Below the pieces are notes generated by a model. The model saw nothing but the letters and a program-made list of their open reading frames with translations. It had not been told where the DNA came from and ran no database searches. Below, one piece after another: positions 1 through 9,792 of a stretch of 64,000 nt of DNA (positions are counted from its first letter, which is position 1; every line of letters starts with the position of its first letter). Made by a program: the position numbers and the translations under genes. The DNA comes from Deltaproteobacteria bacterium (GTDB lineage: Bacteria > Desulfobacterota > Deferrimicrobia > Deferrimicrobiales > Deferrimicrobiaceae): contig JAKAHC010000004.1 in assembly GCA_021815305.1 (NCBI GenBank), positions 215,183 to 279,182 on the forward strand, given 5' to 3'.

Positions 1-26
1 ATCGCCCTGGTTCCCTGCATGGCCAT
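1..26 (-). CDS. 5' fragment of a gene running off the window edge (MAMQGTRA...), possibly an ABC component downstream of the HlyD gene
   Basis: ATG at 26 (alternative 20) preceded by GGGAG, just after the stop of the co-oriented HlyD gene; only 8 codons visible. Confidence 0.35.
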
Positions 27-40
27 GATCTCCCGCCCCG

Positions 41-1090
41 TCAGCGCTTCCCGGGGATCGCGACCTCCACCGTCATCCCGGGCTTCAGGATGCCGGAAGG
101 GTCCTCCACCGCGACCTTCACCCGGAAGGTCTTGATGTCCTCCCGGCCCCGGATCACGTCCCTCTGCGTGGCGAACTCCGCGTAGCGCCCGATTTCCGAA
201 ACCTTCCCCTTGAAGACCTTCCCGGGCACGCCATCCACGGTGACGAAGGCGGCGCCGTCCAGGATCACCCTGCCGATCTTCGTCTCGTCCACGTCGATCC
301 TCGCGTAGAGGCTGGAAAGGTCGACGACCGTGAGGATCGCCGTTCCCGGGCTGACCGTTTCTCCCTTCTCATGCGCCTTGAAGATGACGGTGCCCGTAAC
401 GGGCGTAGCGATGATCGTGTCGTTCAGCCTGGACCGATAAAACGCGAGATTCGCCGAGGCCTCCCCCAGGGCCGCCCTCGCCGAATTCCTCCGGCTCTCC
501 GCCGCGGTCCGCTGGCTGACCGCGTACTCCTCCCTAGATTCCGCCGCGGATACCTTCTCTTTCGCGGAATCGTACGACGCCGCGTCCGCATCGGATGCGG
601 CCGCCATCTGGTCGAAGGACTCCCGCGATATCAGGTTCTTCCCGTACAGCTCCCTTCTCCGTTCGGCCTCCCGCTTCGATTCCGCCATCTGCGCGCGGGC
701 TTTCTCCGCATCCGCCGCCGCGCTCTTCCTGTCCGCCTCCGCGCTGCGGATGTTTACCACGGACCCGCCGACCGCCGCCTCGGCGGCCTTGAGATCGGCC
801 CTCGCCCTTTCGACCCCGGCGATCGCCTGGTCCACGGACGCCCTGACGTCGCCGCTCTCCAGGGAGATCACCCGCTGCCCGGCCAGGATCCTGTCGCCTT
901 CCCGGCAGCGGATCTCCGAGATCCTGCCGGACACCTTGGAGGAGAGGTTCGCCTCGGTTCCGTCGATGATGCCGGTGACGCGGAGAGCGGGAACTCCCCC
1001 GCTCCGGGTCAGGAAGTGGACAACGAACGCCGTGACCAGCGCCAGAGCGGCGATCGCCGGCACGATCACCCGCAGCGACCGTGTTTTCAT
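41..1090 (-). CDS. HlyD-family efflux periplasmic adaptor subunit
   Basis: N-terminal TM anchor, lipoyl half-motifs (SSKVSGRI...EGDRI; IATPVTGTV), coiled coil, C-terminal LKPGMTV. Confidence 0.9.
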   Translation of the reverse strand: MKTRSLRVIVPAIAALALVTAFVVHFLTRSGGVPALRVTGIIDGTEANLSSKVSGRISEIRCREGDRILAGQRVISLESGDVRASVDQAIAGVERARADLKAAEAAVGGSVVNIRSAEADRKSAAADAEKARAQMAESKREAERRRELYGKNLISRESFDQMAAASDADAASYDSAKEKVSAAESREEYAVSQRTAAESRRNSARAALGEASANLAFYRSRLNDTIIATPVTGTVIFKAHEKGETVSPGTAILTVVDLSSLYARIDVDETKIGRVILDGAAFVTVDGVPGKVFKGKVSEIGRYAEFATQRDVIRGREDIKTFRVKVAVEDPSGILKPGMTVEVAIPGKR

Positions 1091-1348
1091 CGGCCCTCCA
1101 TCCCCCGGGGAAACGGCTCCTGCCCGGCACCACCACCGATTCTACCCCGATGGACCCGGATGGAGGTACAAAAGCCGGCGCGCGGCCCGGAGCAGGGACC
1201 GGAGTGGACGGGAATCGGAAACGTGCACGCCGCTTCCCGGACGGCGAGGCGCGAAAACAGAAATGGACTGGACCGATGCGCCGGGGCGGGTCTATATAAT
1301 TGGATAGCCCTCGGACGGCAAAGCGGATTCGGAGGAGACGCGCACCCC

Positions 1349-3163
1349 ATGAACGACCGGCGCACAACGATCAACGACCAGTATTTGAGGGAACTGCATT
1401 TCGACGGGAGCCAGATCATCCTGCACACGGACGGGATCCTGTGCGGAACCACCGCCGAGGTCATTTCCAGCAGGGCTTTCCAGGCGGTTCTGAACATGTT
1501 CCTCGACCACCTCATCGCGAAAGAAGATCCGATCCTGGACGACCTGGCGCCCGACATCGGCTCCGACGCAGGGCGAGCGGAATTCCTGACGCTGCTGCGG
1601 TACCTGTCGGAAACTCCCCTCGTGCACGCGGTGAAGGTCATGCCTGCTGCGAGAGCGTACGCGGAAAATCCCCGCTCCCTTCACGCTTTCATGGAGAAAT
1701 TCTACGATTTCTGGCGATCCTTCGACCGGTACCTCATATGCCACTCGGAGCAGGGTCCCCAAAGCCACGACGTCCGCCCCTACCGGACCTTCACCGTGAC
1801 CGCCGAGCGGCTCAAGGACCTGACCAGGGGCCTGTACAGGGACATCTGCGAGAACATCACGGGGGACCATTGCAGGATCTATCGCCAGGTATCGGCCGGC
1901 GCGGACGTGGGGCTGATCGCCGTCCAGAAGAAGTGGAAGCCCCGGAACGCCGCGGCCGAGGCGCTTACCGGGATCCCCTTCATCCGGCAGGTGCTGATCA
2001 ACCCGCCGCTGATCATCGACCCCCCCGAGAACCGCCGGACCGGCCAGTTCCTCCGCATCGGCACCGACCCGCTGCAGGGGCTGCTCCTGGAGGAGGGGAA
2101 GTGGCTTTGCTACCCGGCCCAGGTGGGTCCCGTGGTGGTGTTCATCTACTTCCACCGGATGTTCATGGGGCTGGGCTGTTCCCTGGCCAACCTGTTCGAA
2201 CTGGCCACGGACGATCAGATCGCCTCGGGCCCCGACGCGGTCTTCCTCTACGGGGTCGATCCGCCCCACCTGTCCGGCTACGGCGAGCTCCCCACCGTCT
2301 TCCACGACGACGAAAGCGGTGGCGCACTGACGGCCGCCATCCCCGGGGAAACCCGTTTCGGCTATTTCGGATACCTGAAGAAGATGGCCCTGACCCTGCA
2401 CAACATCCTGATGATGAAGCGGGGACGGATGCCCTTCCACGGCGCGATGGCGCGGATCCATTTCCGGAACCGGATGACCGCGAACATCCTCGTCATCGGA
2501 GACACCGCCACGGGGAAGTCGGAGACGCTGGAAGCCTTGCGCCTTCTCGGCAAGGACGCCATCCGGGGGATCACGATCATCGCCGACGACATGGGATCCC
2601 TCGAAGTCGGGGAGGACGGCCGGGTGACCGGCTACGGGACGGAGATCGGCGCCTTCATCCGCATGGACGACCTGCAGCGGGGGTATGCCTTCGGCCAGGT
2701 GGACCGCGCCATCATCATGAGCCCCCAGAAGGCCAACGCAAGGGTCCTCATCCCCGTCACTTACCTTGGGGAGGTCCTCCACGGCTATCCGGTGGATTAC
2801 ATCCTGTATGCCAACAATTACGAGCAGGTCGACGAGTTCCACCCCCTCATCAATTCCCTGGCCACGCCGGATGCCGCTCTGCGGGTGTTCCGGGACGGGG
2901 CGGCCATGTCGAAGGGGACGACCACGGCGACGGGACTGGGGCACAGTTATTTCGCCAACATCTTCGGCCCCCCGCAATACCGCGAACTCCACGAAACGCT
3001 CGCCTTGAGGACGTTCGAGGCCGCCTTCCGTACGGGCACGTTCGTCGGGCAGCTCCGGACGCGCCTGGCCGTGCCGGGTTTCGAGAGGACCGGGCCCGCC
3101 GAAGCGGCCGGGGCGCTGTTGCGGAAGATCCTGGGGGAATTCCCTGCATCGGGCACCGGATGA
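1349..3163 (+). CDS. PEP carboxykinase-like P-loop protein (atypical family)
   Basis: ATG 1349 after GGAGGAG; PFHGAM, GDTATGKSET (kinase-1), IIADD (kinase-2), GTEIGAF motifs. Confidence 0.7.
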   Translation: MNDRRTTINDQYLRELHFDGSQIILHTDGILCGTTAEVISSRAFQAVLNMFLDHLIAKEDPILDDLAPDIGSDAGRAEFLTLLRYLSETPLVHAVKVMPAARAYAENPRSLHAFMEKFYDFWRSFDRYLICHSEQGPQSHDVRPYRTFTVTAERLKDLTRGLYRDICENITGDHCRIYRQVSAGADVGLIAVQKKWKPRNAAAEALTGIPFIRQVLINPPLIIDPPENRRTGQFLRIGTDPLQGLLLEEGKWLCYPAQVGPVVVFIYFHRMFMGLGCSLANLFELATDDQIASGPDAVFLYGVDPPHLSGYGELPTVFHDDESGGALTAAIPGETRFGYFGYLKKMALTLHNILMMKRGRMPFHGAMARIHFRNRMTANILVIGDTATGKSETLEALRLLGKDAIRGITIIADDMGSLEVGEDGRVTGYGTEIGAFIRMDDLQRGYAFGQVDRAIIMSPQKANARVLIPVTYLGEVLHGYPVDYILYANNYEQVDEFHPLINSLATPDAALRVFRDGAAMSKGTTTATGLGHSYFANIFGPPQYRELHETLALRTFEAAFRTGTFVGQLRTRLAVPGFERTGPAEAAGALLRKILGEFPASGTG

Positions 3164-3223
3164 CCCCGGTGTTCCACCCCGTGCCTTAAGGAAACACCCG
3201 AAAAAAACATCGAAAGGACAGCC

Positions 3224-3988
3224 ATGCTGCATCTAGGAGCTTTTCTCGTCGGAATCCTCATCGGCTTCCTGGGAGGGTTGTTCGGCAAGGGCGGCAGCGC
3301 GGTGGCGACCCCGCTGCTGGGACTGATCGGTTTCCCGGGGTTCATCGCCGTGGCCGCTCCCCTGCCGGCGACCGTTCCGGGCACGCTCATCGCATCCCTG
3401 GCATACTGGCGGTCGCGCCTCCTCGACTGGCAAATCGTCTGGTGGAGCATCGGGGTGGGAGTTCCCGCGACGATCCTGGGTTCGTACCTCACCAAGTATA
3501 CCGGCGCCCGGCCGCTCCTGATTCTCACGGGGATCCTGGTCCTTGGGTTCGGCATTTCCTTCCTGCTCGCGCCAAAGGAACGGAAATCCGGGGAGAACAC
3601 CGCAAACCCCGGAAAGGAGGATCGGCCCTCCTACTGGAGGGTGCGCCTTTCGCTGGTCGCGGCCGGCGTCGGGCTGATCTCCGGGCTCTTGGCGAACTCG
3701 GGAGGATTCCTGCTTGCTCCCAGCTATGCGCGGATTCTTCAACTGCCCGTCAAGAGGGCGTTCGCGTGCTCGCTCGCCGTGTCCGCCGTCCTGGCCCTGC
3801 CCGGAACGGTCGTCCATGCGTATCTGGGCCATATCTCATGGACGGTCACCGGGCTGATCGCGCTGGGATCCGTGCCCTTTTCGTACTTGGGCGCGAAGGT
3901 GGCGATCCGGACCCAGGCGGCGCGGCTCGAGCGATGGTACGGGCTCGCCCTGACCGCCCTGGGCCTCTATTTCCTGATCCGTCTTTGA
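3224..3988 (+). CDS. TauE/SafE-family (TSUP) permease
   Basis: about 8 hydrophobic segments; duplicated GFLGGLFGKGG / GLISGLLANSGG motifs. Confidence 0.85.
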   Translation: MLHLGAFLVGILIGFLGGLFGKGGSAVATPLLGLIGFPGFIAVAAPLPATVPGTLIASLAYWRSRLLDWQIVWWSIGVGVPATILGSYLTKYTGARPLLILTGILVLGFGISFLLAPKERKSGENTANPGKEDRPSYWRVRLSLVAAGVGLISGLLANSGGFLLAPSYARILQLPVKRAFACSLAVSAVLALPGTVVHAYLGHISWTVTGLIALGSVPFSYLGAKVAIRTQAARLERWYGLALTALGLYFLIRL

Positions 3989-3996
3989 AGGGAGGC

Positions 3997-4040
3997 GGAA
4001 GGGGCGGCACCCGTCAAGGGGCGCGCACCCCTTCCTTGTT
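3997..4040. terminator. Probable terminator hairpin between convergent genes
   Basis: GGAAGGGG(3997-4004)...CCCCTTCC(4028-4035) followed by TTGTT. Confidence 0.5.
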
Positions 4041-4046
4041 CAGGCT

Positions 4047-4145
4047 TCAGACGTGGGTCACGAACGAGAGGAGCACCGCAAGGCCGGCGGCGACGATGGC
4101 TGCCGTCGTGGCCATGCTGTAGTAGAAACGTTTCCTGCTGGTCAT
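4047..4145 (-). CDS. Small 32-aa single-TM membrane peptide (MTSRKRFYYSMATTAAIVAAGLAVLLSFVTHV)
   Basis: Read directly from the sequence; GGAGGG RBS 6 nt before ATG; basic N-terminus plus hydrophobic helix; not in ORF track. Confidence 0.55.
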   Translation of the reverse strand: MTSRKRFYYSMATTAAIVAAGLAVLLSFVTHV

Positions 4146-4304
4146 CGTTTGCCCTCCGCACGGGAACTGCGCAACCGCAATGCGCATGGGGATATGTTTA
4201 CCCCCCCGACGGCAAGCCCGTCAATATCGAATATTACAAATGGCATTTTATTCAATGAGTTGTGGGGATGTAAAACAGGAAACCCCTGTGGATTCCCCGC
4301 CTTG

Positions 4305-5285
4305 TCATGCTTCCGGCAGAATGACGATCTTCCCCTTTACCTGTCGTTGGACCAGCCGTTTCATGGCAGCGGGTGCTTCTTCCAATGGCACCCGCCCGCT
4401 GATGGCGGGTTTCACCTTGCAGTCCCCGAACCACTCCAGGAGTTGCCGCACATTGCGCCGGTGCCCCTCGGGGTCGCGTTTCACCGATTCCCCCCAATAG
4501 ACTCCCACGACGGCGCGCTCCTTGAGGAGGGCCAGGTTGGCGGGAATCTTCGGGATGTCCCCTGAAGCGAAACCGATCACCAGGAGGCGCCCCCCCCAGG
4601 CCGTGGCCCGCAGGGCGGCCTCCGTGCAGGACCCTCCCACCGGATCGTAGACGACGTCCGCTCCCTCCCCGCCCGTCAGTTCCCTTACGCGGTCCCGCAG
4701 GTTTTCCGCAGCATAGTCGATGGTGGCATCGGCGCCCCGCTCCCGGCACAGCGCCAGTTTCTCCAGGCTGGAGGCGGCGGCGATGACCCGTGCGCCCATG
4801 GCCTTGCCGATCTCCACCGCCGCCAGGCCGACGCCTCCGGCCGCACCCAGCACGAGCAGCGTTTCGCCCTCCGCGAGACGTCCGGAGTCCCGGAGGGCAT
4901 GGAGAGCCGTTTCATAGGTGAAGAGGAACGCGGCCCCCGTCTCGAAGTCCATCCCCTCGGGCAACGGAACCAGCCGGCCTGCGTCCGCAACGCACTCTTC
5001 GGCGAATCCTCCCCAGCCGACGATGGCGATGACCCGGTCGCCGGGCACGCAGCCGCGCAGCCCGTCGCCGGCCTCGACGACCACGCCCGCCAGTTCCGCG
5101 CCGGGCGAGAAGGGAAGCGGAGGTTTCACCTGGTAGAGTCCCTGCACCATCAAGGCGTCGGGGAAGTTCAGCGAACTGGCCTTGACGTCCAGGAGAACCT
5201 GGCCGGGACCGGGGCGCGGGGCGGGGACCTCCTGCACCGTGAGATGTTCCAGGGGTCCGAAGGCGGTGCAAAGAAGGGCTCTCAT
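4305..5285 (-). CDS. NADPH:quinone oxidoreductase (zeta-crystallin/MDR family)
   Basis: LNFPD, PFSPGAE, GAAGGVG nucleotide-binding motif; start MRALL after GGAGAGGA. Confidence 0.9.
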   Translation of the reverse strand: MRALLCTAFGPLEHLTVQEVPAPRPGPGQVLLDVKASSLNFPDALMVQGLYQVKPPLPFSPGAELAGVVVEAGDGLRGCVPGDRVIAIVGWGGFAEECVADAGRLVPLPEGMDFETGAAFLFTYETALHALRDSGRLAEGETLLVLGAAGGVGLAAVEIGKAMGARVIAAASSLEKLALCRERGADATIDYAAENLRDRVRELTGGEGADVVYDPVGGSCTEAALRATAWGGRLLVIGFASGDIPKIPANLALLKERAVVGVYWGESVKRDPEGHRRNVRQLLEWFGDCKVKPAISGRVPLEEAPAAMKRLVQRQVKGKIVILPEA

Positions 5286-5502
5286 GGTTTCCTCTCCCGC
5301 GGGTTCGGTGCTTCCCATTTTAGTTCAAGCCCCCCCGGGAGTCTCCTCCCGGAAAACCAAACCGCGGCGATCCGCCCGCGCACGGGCGATCCCGATGCAT
5401 CCGCGCGGCGAAACCTCCCCCCGCGGAACCGTCTCCAAATGGGGAAGAAACAAACGCCTGCGGCGTTCGCGGACCGAAACGCCCGGACAGGAGGTAGGAA
5501 CG

Positions 5503-6054
5503 ATGGATTTGAAAGGGAAACACGTGGCGGTTCTTGTGGAAAATCTCTACGAGGACTTGGAGCTGTGGTATCCGGTGCTCCGTTTCCGGGAGGCGGGGGC
5601 GGAGGTAACGATCGTCGGCGCGGGGGCGCACACCTACTCCTCCAAGCACGGCTACGAGGCGAAAGCCGACAGGAGCGCGGAGCAGGTCGACGTTGCCGGG
5701 ATCGACGCCGTCGTCATCCCGGGCGGGTACGCGCCCGACCGGATGCGCGTCCACAAACCCATGGTGGACCTGGTTCGCGAAACGCACCGCCGGGGGAAAG
5801 TGGTCGCGGCGATCTGTCACGGCGGCTGGATGCTGGCCTCGGCCGACATCCTGAAAGGGAAAAGGGTCACCGGCTACATCGCCATCAAGGACGACCTGGT
5901 GCACGCCGGCGCCACGTACGAAGACAGCGAGGTCGTGCGGGACGGCAACCTGATCACATCGCGGAAGCCCGGCGACCTGCCGGCCTTCTGCCGCACCATC
6001 CTGCAGGCGCTTTCGGAAGCCAGGGGACGGGCGGGCAAGCGCACGGCCGCCTGA
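5503..6054 (+). CDS. PfpI/DJ-1 family protein (type 1 glutamine amidotransferase-like)
   Basis: YEDLELWYP, VIPGG, AICHG nucleophile elbow, ITSRKPGDL; RBS GGAGGT. Confidence 0.9.
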   Translation: MDLKGKHVAVLVENLYEDLELWYPVLRFREAGAEVTIVGAGAHTYSSKHGYEAKADRSAEQVDVAGIDAVVIPGGYAPDRMRVHKPMVDLVRETHRRGKVVAAICHGGWMLASADILKGKRVTGYIAIKDDLVHAGATYEDSEVVRDGNLITSRKPGDLPAFCRTILQALSEARGRAGKRTAA

Positions 6055-6282
6055 GAGAAGAAGGGAGCCGCCGGCCAGGGAGGACGACCCGCCCAAGCTC
6101 GCCCATCCGGTACGGTTTGGCGATCGCCTCGACGGAACCGTGCCGGCGTGCCTTGCGGTCCTGGTGTGGCACTTCTCCGCCGTGATCTTCGACCCAGACG
6201 TCTACCCGATGGACCCGGCCTGGTATACCGGGCACAGCGCAAGGAGGAGGGAAACGGGGGAGAGCCCGGTGAGGGAGGAAGG

Positions 6283-6654
6283 ATGATCCGGATCAAACGC
6301 GTCTACGATGCTGCGGCCCCGACGGACGGAACGAGGATCCTGGTGGACCGGCTTTGGCCCCGCGGGATCGCGAAATCGGAGGCCCGCATCGACGAGTGGC
6401 GAAGCGACGTCGCTCCCAGCCACGCACTTCGCCGCCGGTTCCACACTCATCCGGACCGGTGGGAGGAATTCCTCGATTCGTATCGCAGGGAACTGCGCGA
6501 GGCGGGGAAGGAAGAGGACCTGCGGACGCTTTCCCGGCGCGCCCGGGGGGAGACCTTGACCCTGTTGTTCGCCGCAAGGGACGCGGAGCGGAACAACGCC
6601 GCGGCCCTGAAAATCCTCATCCGCGCCTTCGGCGCGCCCGGAAAGGAATTGTGA
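6283..6654 (+). CDS. DUF488 (YeaO-like) protein
   Basis: IRIKRVYD, RILVDRLWPRG, VAPS, NNAAAL signatures. Confidence 0.85.
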   Translation: MIRIKRVYDAAAPTDGTRILVDRLWPRGIAKSEARIDEWRSDVAPSHALRRRFHTHPDRWEEFLDSYRRELREAGKEEDLRTLSRRARGETLTLLFAARDAERNNAAALKILIRAFGAPGKEL

Positions 6655-6810
6655 AAGGTACCACAGATCGGGCGGGACGCGGGACCTATAGTGGGAACTG
6701 TGAGGTACGGTACCGGGGGCAAGACTGTGAAACTCCGTCCGGGGGATGACGGAACGGAACGGTACGGCCGGGCGAGGGAATCCCCCGTCCGCGCCCAGGG
6801 AGGAATGACC

Positions 6811-7428
6811 ATGGTACAGCTAGCGGAGGTAAGACCGGATTTCGGGAAAACCCCGGAGCCGACGATATCCGTCGAGCCCGGGATGTACAAGGAATGGTGG
6901 GCGAATCCCGCGGTCGTGGGACTGATGGGGTTCGCGACCACCACGATGGCCACGGGGCTTCACAATGCGGGGTACTGGGGGGCCGGAGCGACGCTGGCGC
7001 TGGCCATCGCCTTCGGAGGCACCGCGCAGTTCGTCGCGGGCGTCATCGATCTAAGGAAAGGAAATCTTTTCGGCGGGTCTGCGTTCATGGCATACGGGGC
7101 TTTCTGGTGGTCCCTCTTCGTACTGGACTACGTTCTTCCCAAGACCGGCGTCGCGACGGGCCCCAACGACCTCCTGGGGTATTTCCTCATGTGGACCCTT
7201 TTCACCCTGTCCTTTTTCGCCGCGTCGTTCAAGGTGGGGAATCACCTCGCAGGCCTGTTCGCCCTCCTTCTCGTCGCTTTCCTCCTTCTGGACGGCGTTG
7301 TCCTCGGCGTGGTGCCGGCTGCGGCTGCGGGATGGGAGATCTTTTTCACCGGACTGGTGGCCTGGTACATCGCTTCCGCCATCCTGATCAACGGAGTCCA
7401 CGGGAAGAAGCTGCTGCCCCACTCGTAA
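6811..7428 (+). CDS. Acetate uptake transporter (GPR1/FUN34/YaaH, SatP family)
   Basis: ANPAVVGLMGF, FGGTAQF, AYGAFW motifs; 6 TM segments. Confidence 0.85.
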   Translation: MVQLAEVRPDFGKTPEPTISVEPGMYKEWWANPAVVGLMGFATTTMATGLHNAGYWGAGATLALAIAFGGTAQFVAGVIDLRKGNLFGGSAFMAYGAFWWSLFVLDYVLPKTGVATGPNDLLGYFLMWTLFTLSFFAASFKVGNHLAGLFALLLVAFLLLDGVVLGVVPAAAAGWEIFFTGLVAWYIASAILINGVHGKKLLPHS

Positions 7429-7545
7429 TCGCGCGAAGCGCGCGCCATTGTCCGCCTGCCGGCGAAACGGACCGGGAACCGGCCCTCTTCGCCGGCAGGC
7501 GCATCCTTCCCCGCTTTTCGAGCAAAGGGACCCTTGCGGTCCCAC

Positions 7546-8391
7546 CTACCGCTTCCGCGGGGCGCACGCGTCGAGGAAGCCGTCGATCAGCCGGCGCGCG
7601 ATGGTCCCGCGGCCGGGGATGCGCAGACCGGCGATCTCCTCCGGCCCGAACCAACCGGCATCCACGATCTCCTTTTCCTCGAGCACCAGTTCTCCGCCGT
7701 CGTACTCCGCAGTGAATCCCACCATCAGCGAGTGCGGGAAAGGCCACGGCTGGCTGCCGAAGTATCGCAGGTTCGCCACCCGGATCCCCACCTCTTCCAT
7801 GACCTCCCGGCGAACGCATTCCTCGAAGGTTTCCCCCGGTTCGACGAACCCGGCAAGGACGCTGTGGAAGACCGCGGGGAAGCGGCGGGCGTGGGCGAGG
7901 AGGATCTTCCGCCCGCGCCTCACGGCGACGATGACGGCGGGGGTGACGCGCGGGTAGAAAAGGAGCCCGCAGGACGGGCACTTCCTTGCCCGCTCCTCCT
8001 CCTGGGGATCGGTCGGCCCGCCGCACTTCCCGCAGTACCGGTGCATCCGGTCCCAGTCCATGACCTGGTACGCCCGGCCGGCGAGGGAGAAGAGTTCCTC
8101 CGGCAGCGACCCCAGCAGGGGACGCAGGGAACGGTACGCGGTGCCCTCCGGTTCCGCCGGTTCTGACAGCTCCCCCGAAAAACATGGGGCTCCGTCGAGC
8201 GCACCCAGGTATTGAGTCCGCACCGGCCGGACTCCCCGCTCGCCCGGGTCGCGCCATCGCGGCGGGGCGAACCCCTCGCCGCGGGTTTCGACCAGGAGGC
8301 GGTCGCCGTGGAACAGGAACCACCAGGGCGCAAGGTCCGCGCCCGGAGACGGCGCGATGGCGGGGACGAAGACCCGCGGGCCCTCTTTCAT
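7546..8391 (-). CDS. nudC: NAD(+) diphosphatase
   Basis: Zn ribbon CGKCG..CPSC, Nudix box GETFEECVRREVMEEVG, SQPWPFPHS. Confidence 0.92.
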   Translation of the reverse strand: MKEGPRVFVPAIAPSPGADLAPWWFLFHGDRLLVETRGEGFAPPRWRDPGERGVRPVRTQYLGALDGAPCFSGELSEPAEPEGTAYRSLRPLLGSLPEELFSLAGRAYQVMDWDRMHRYCGKCGGPTDPQEEERARKCPSCGLLFYPRVTPAVIVAVRRGRKILLAHARRFPAVFHSVLAGFVEPGETFEECVRREVMEEVGIRVANLRYFGSQPWPFPHSLMVGFTAEYDGGELVLEEKEIVDAGWFGPEEIAGLRIPGRGTIARRLIDGFLDACAPRKR

Positions 8392-9734
8392 CGGGTCAAC
8401 CAGGAGCGGGAGCGAACGGTCAGCAACGCGTAGGGGAAGATCCAGAAGAGGGTAAAGAAGGAGAAGTAGGCGTAGAAGATGCCGAACAGGAAATCCCAGG
8501 AAAGCTCGCTCCGCAGGTAGTAGAGCATGTTCAGCGAAGTCATGATCCCCATGGCGGACAGGACACGCAGGATCGTCGTCGGGTCATCGACGGCGAACAC
8601 GGCAAGAAGCGCCATGGTGGCGTATCCGACGGGATATCGGAGATTGGTGATCGTCACATCCAGCGCCGCGATCAGCGCCTTGACCGGAGGACGTTTCCAG
8701 ACGATGCGGGCGAAACGGATCTCCTCCCGGATGTAGCTGCGGTCCCACCGGAGGTACATCCTGCAGAGCTTCCCATAGTTTTCGGGGACCAGGGTTCTCA
8801 CCCGGGCCGTGCCCTGGTACACGGAGTCGTACCCCTCTCCGAGGATGAAGTTCGTCAGGGCCCGATCCTCCCCGTAGGTGCACTCCACGCCGAGGAACTT
8901 CTGCTCTCGCCAGAAAGGGAGCACCTCCCGGACCACGGAAGTTCGGTATGCGGAGAGAGCCCCCGGGCAGCAGTAGACGGTTCCGTAGGTGGATTGCGCC
9001 GACCGGAGGAAGTCGAACGACAGGATGAACCGGACGTGGAGCATCCGCGGGATCACTCCGGAGCGGCGGTTGTGGACCAGCACTTTCCCTGCCACGGCCC
9101 CTACTTTCGGATCCCGGAAAGGCCCCGCGATCGCGAGCAGCGTGTCGGAATCGATTTCGCTGTCGGAATCGATCGTAACCACGACCTCCCCGCGGGCGCG
9201 GTGAAACCCCTCCTCGAGGGCCGCCCGCTTCCCCCGGTTCTGGGGGAAACGGACCGTGGTAACACGGTCCGCGCACCGGGCGACTGCGCCCTCGATGTGC
9301 TCCCACGTGTCGTCCTTGCTGCCGTCGTCGATGACGACGATCTCCAGCCGGTCCCTCGGATATTTCGCCGCGGCCACCGAAGCGATCGTTTTCGCGACCA
9401 TGGCCCCCTCGTTGTAGGCGGGGATGATCACGGTCATGGCGGGGGCGGTCCTCATGTCCGCGGCAGGTTTCGGCCGGTAGCTGAACCACAGGAGAGTGCG
9501 GAAACAGAGCATCAAGACCCCCATCAACGCCCAGAGAATGCTCGGCCGGACGAGGAAGCCGGCCCAGTGGTGCTTCTCGGCGGAATGGAGCAGGGGTTGG
9601 TAGACCCGCACGGCAAAGATGTAGTAGAAGATGCCGCAGATGCCGATGAGGATCAACGCCCGCAGGAACCAATCCGCAAGGGGGAATTCCGCAGCGCCCC
9701 GGGCGGTTTCCCATGGCTTCGGACCGGAGGGCAT
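8388..9734 (-). CDS. Processive GT2 glycosyltransferase, hyaluronan synthase/NodC-like
   Basis: IIPAYNE, DDGS, GKRAAL, DSD, CCPG, GEDRALTN, MYLRW; N- and C-terminal TM helices; start approximate. Confidence 0.8.
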   Translation of the reverse strand: MPSGPKPWETARGAAEFPLADWFLRALILIGICGIFYYIFAVRVYQPLLHSAEKHHWAGFLVRPSILWALMGVLMLCFRTLLWFSYRPKPAADMRTAPAMTVIIPAYNEGAMVAKTIASVAAAKYPRDRLEIVVIDDGSKDDTWEHIEGAVARCADRVTTVRFPQNRGKRAALEEGFHRARGEVVVTIDSDSEIDSDTLLAIAGPFRDPKVGAVAGKVLVHNRRSGVIPRMLHVRFILSFDFLRSAQSTYGTVYCCPGALSAYRTSVVREVLPFWREQKFLGVECTYGEDRALTNFILGEGYDSVYQGTARVRTLVPENYGKLCRMYLRWDRSYIREEIRFARIVWKRPPVKALIAALDVTITNLRYPVGYATMALLAVFAVDDPTTILRVLSAMGIMTSLNMLYYLRSELSWDFLFGIFYAYFSFFTLFWIFPYALLTVRSRSWLTR

Positions 9735-9792
9735 TTCCTCCACACCCCGCCCCCCGATCACTTGGTCCTCCCGTACGGCAGAAGTACCCGCC

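Noticed and set aside
371-1348. N-terminal extension of the 930-aa ORF
   Set aside because: Antisense shadow of the HlyD gene; the real start is ATG 1349 with an RBS
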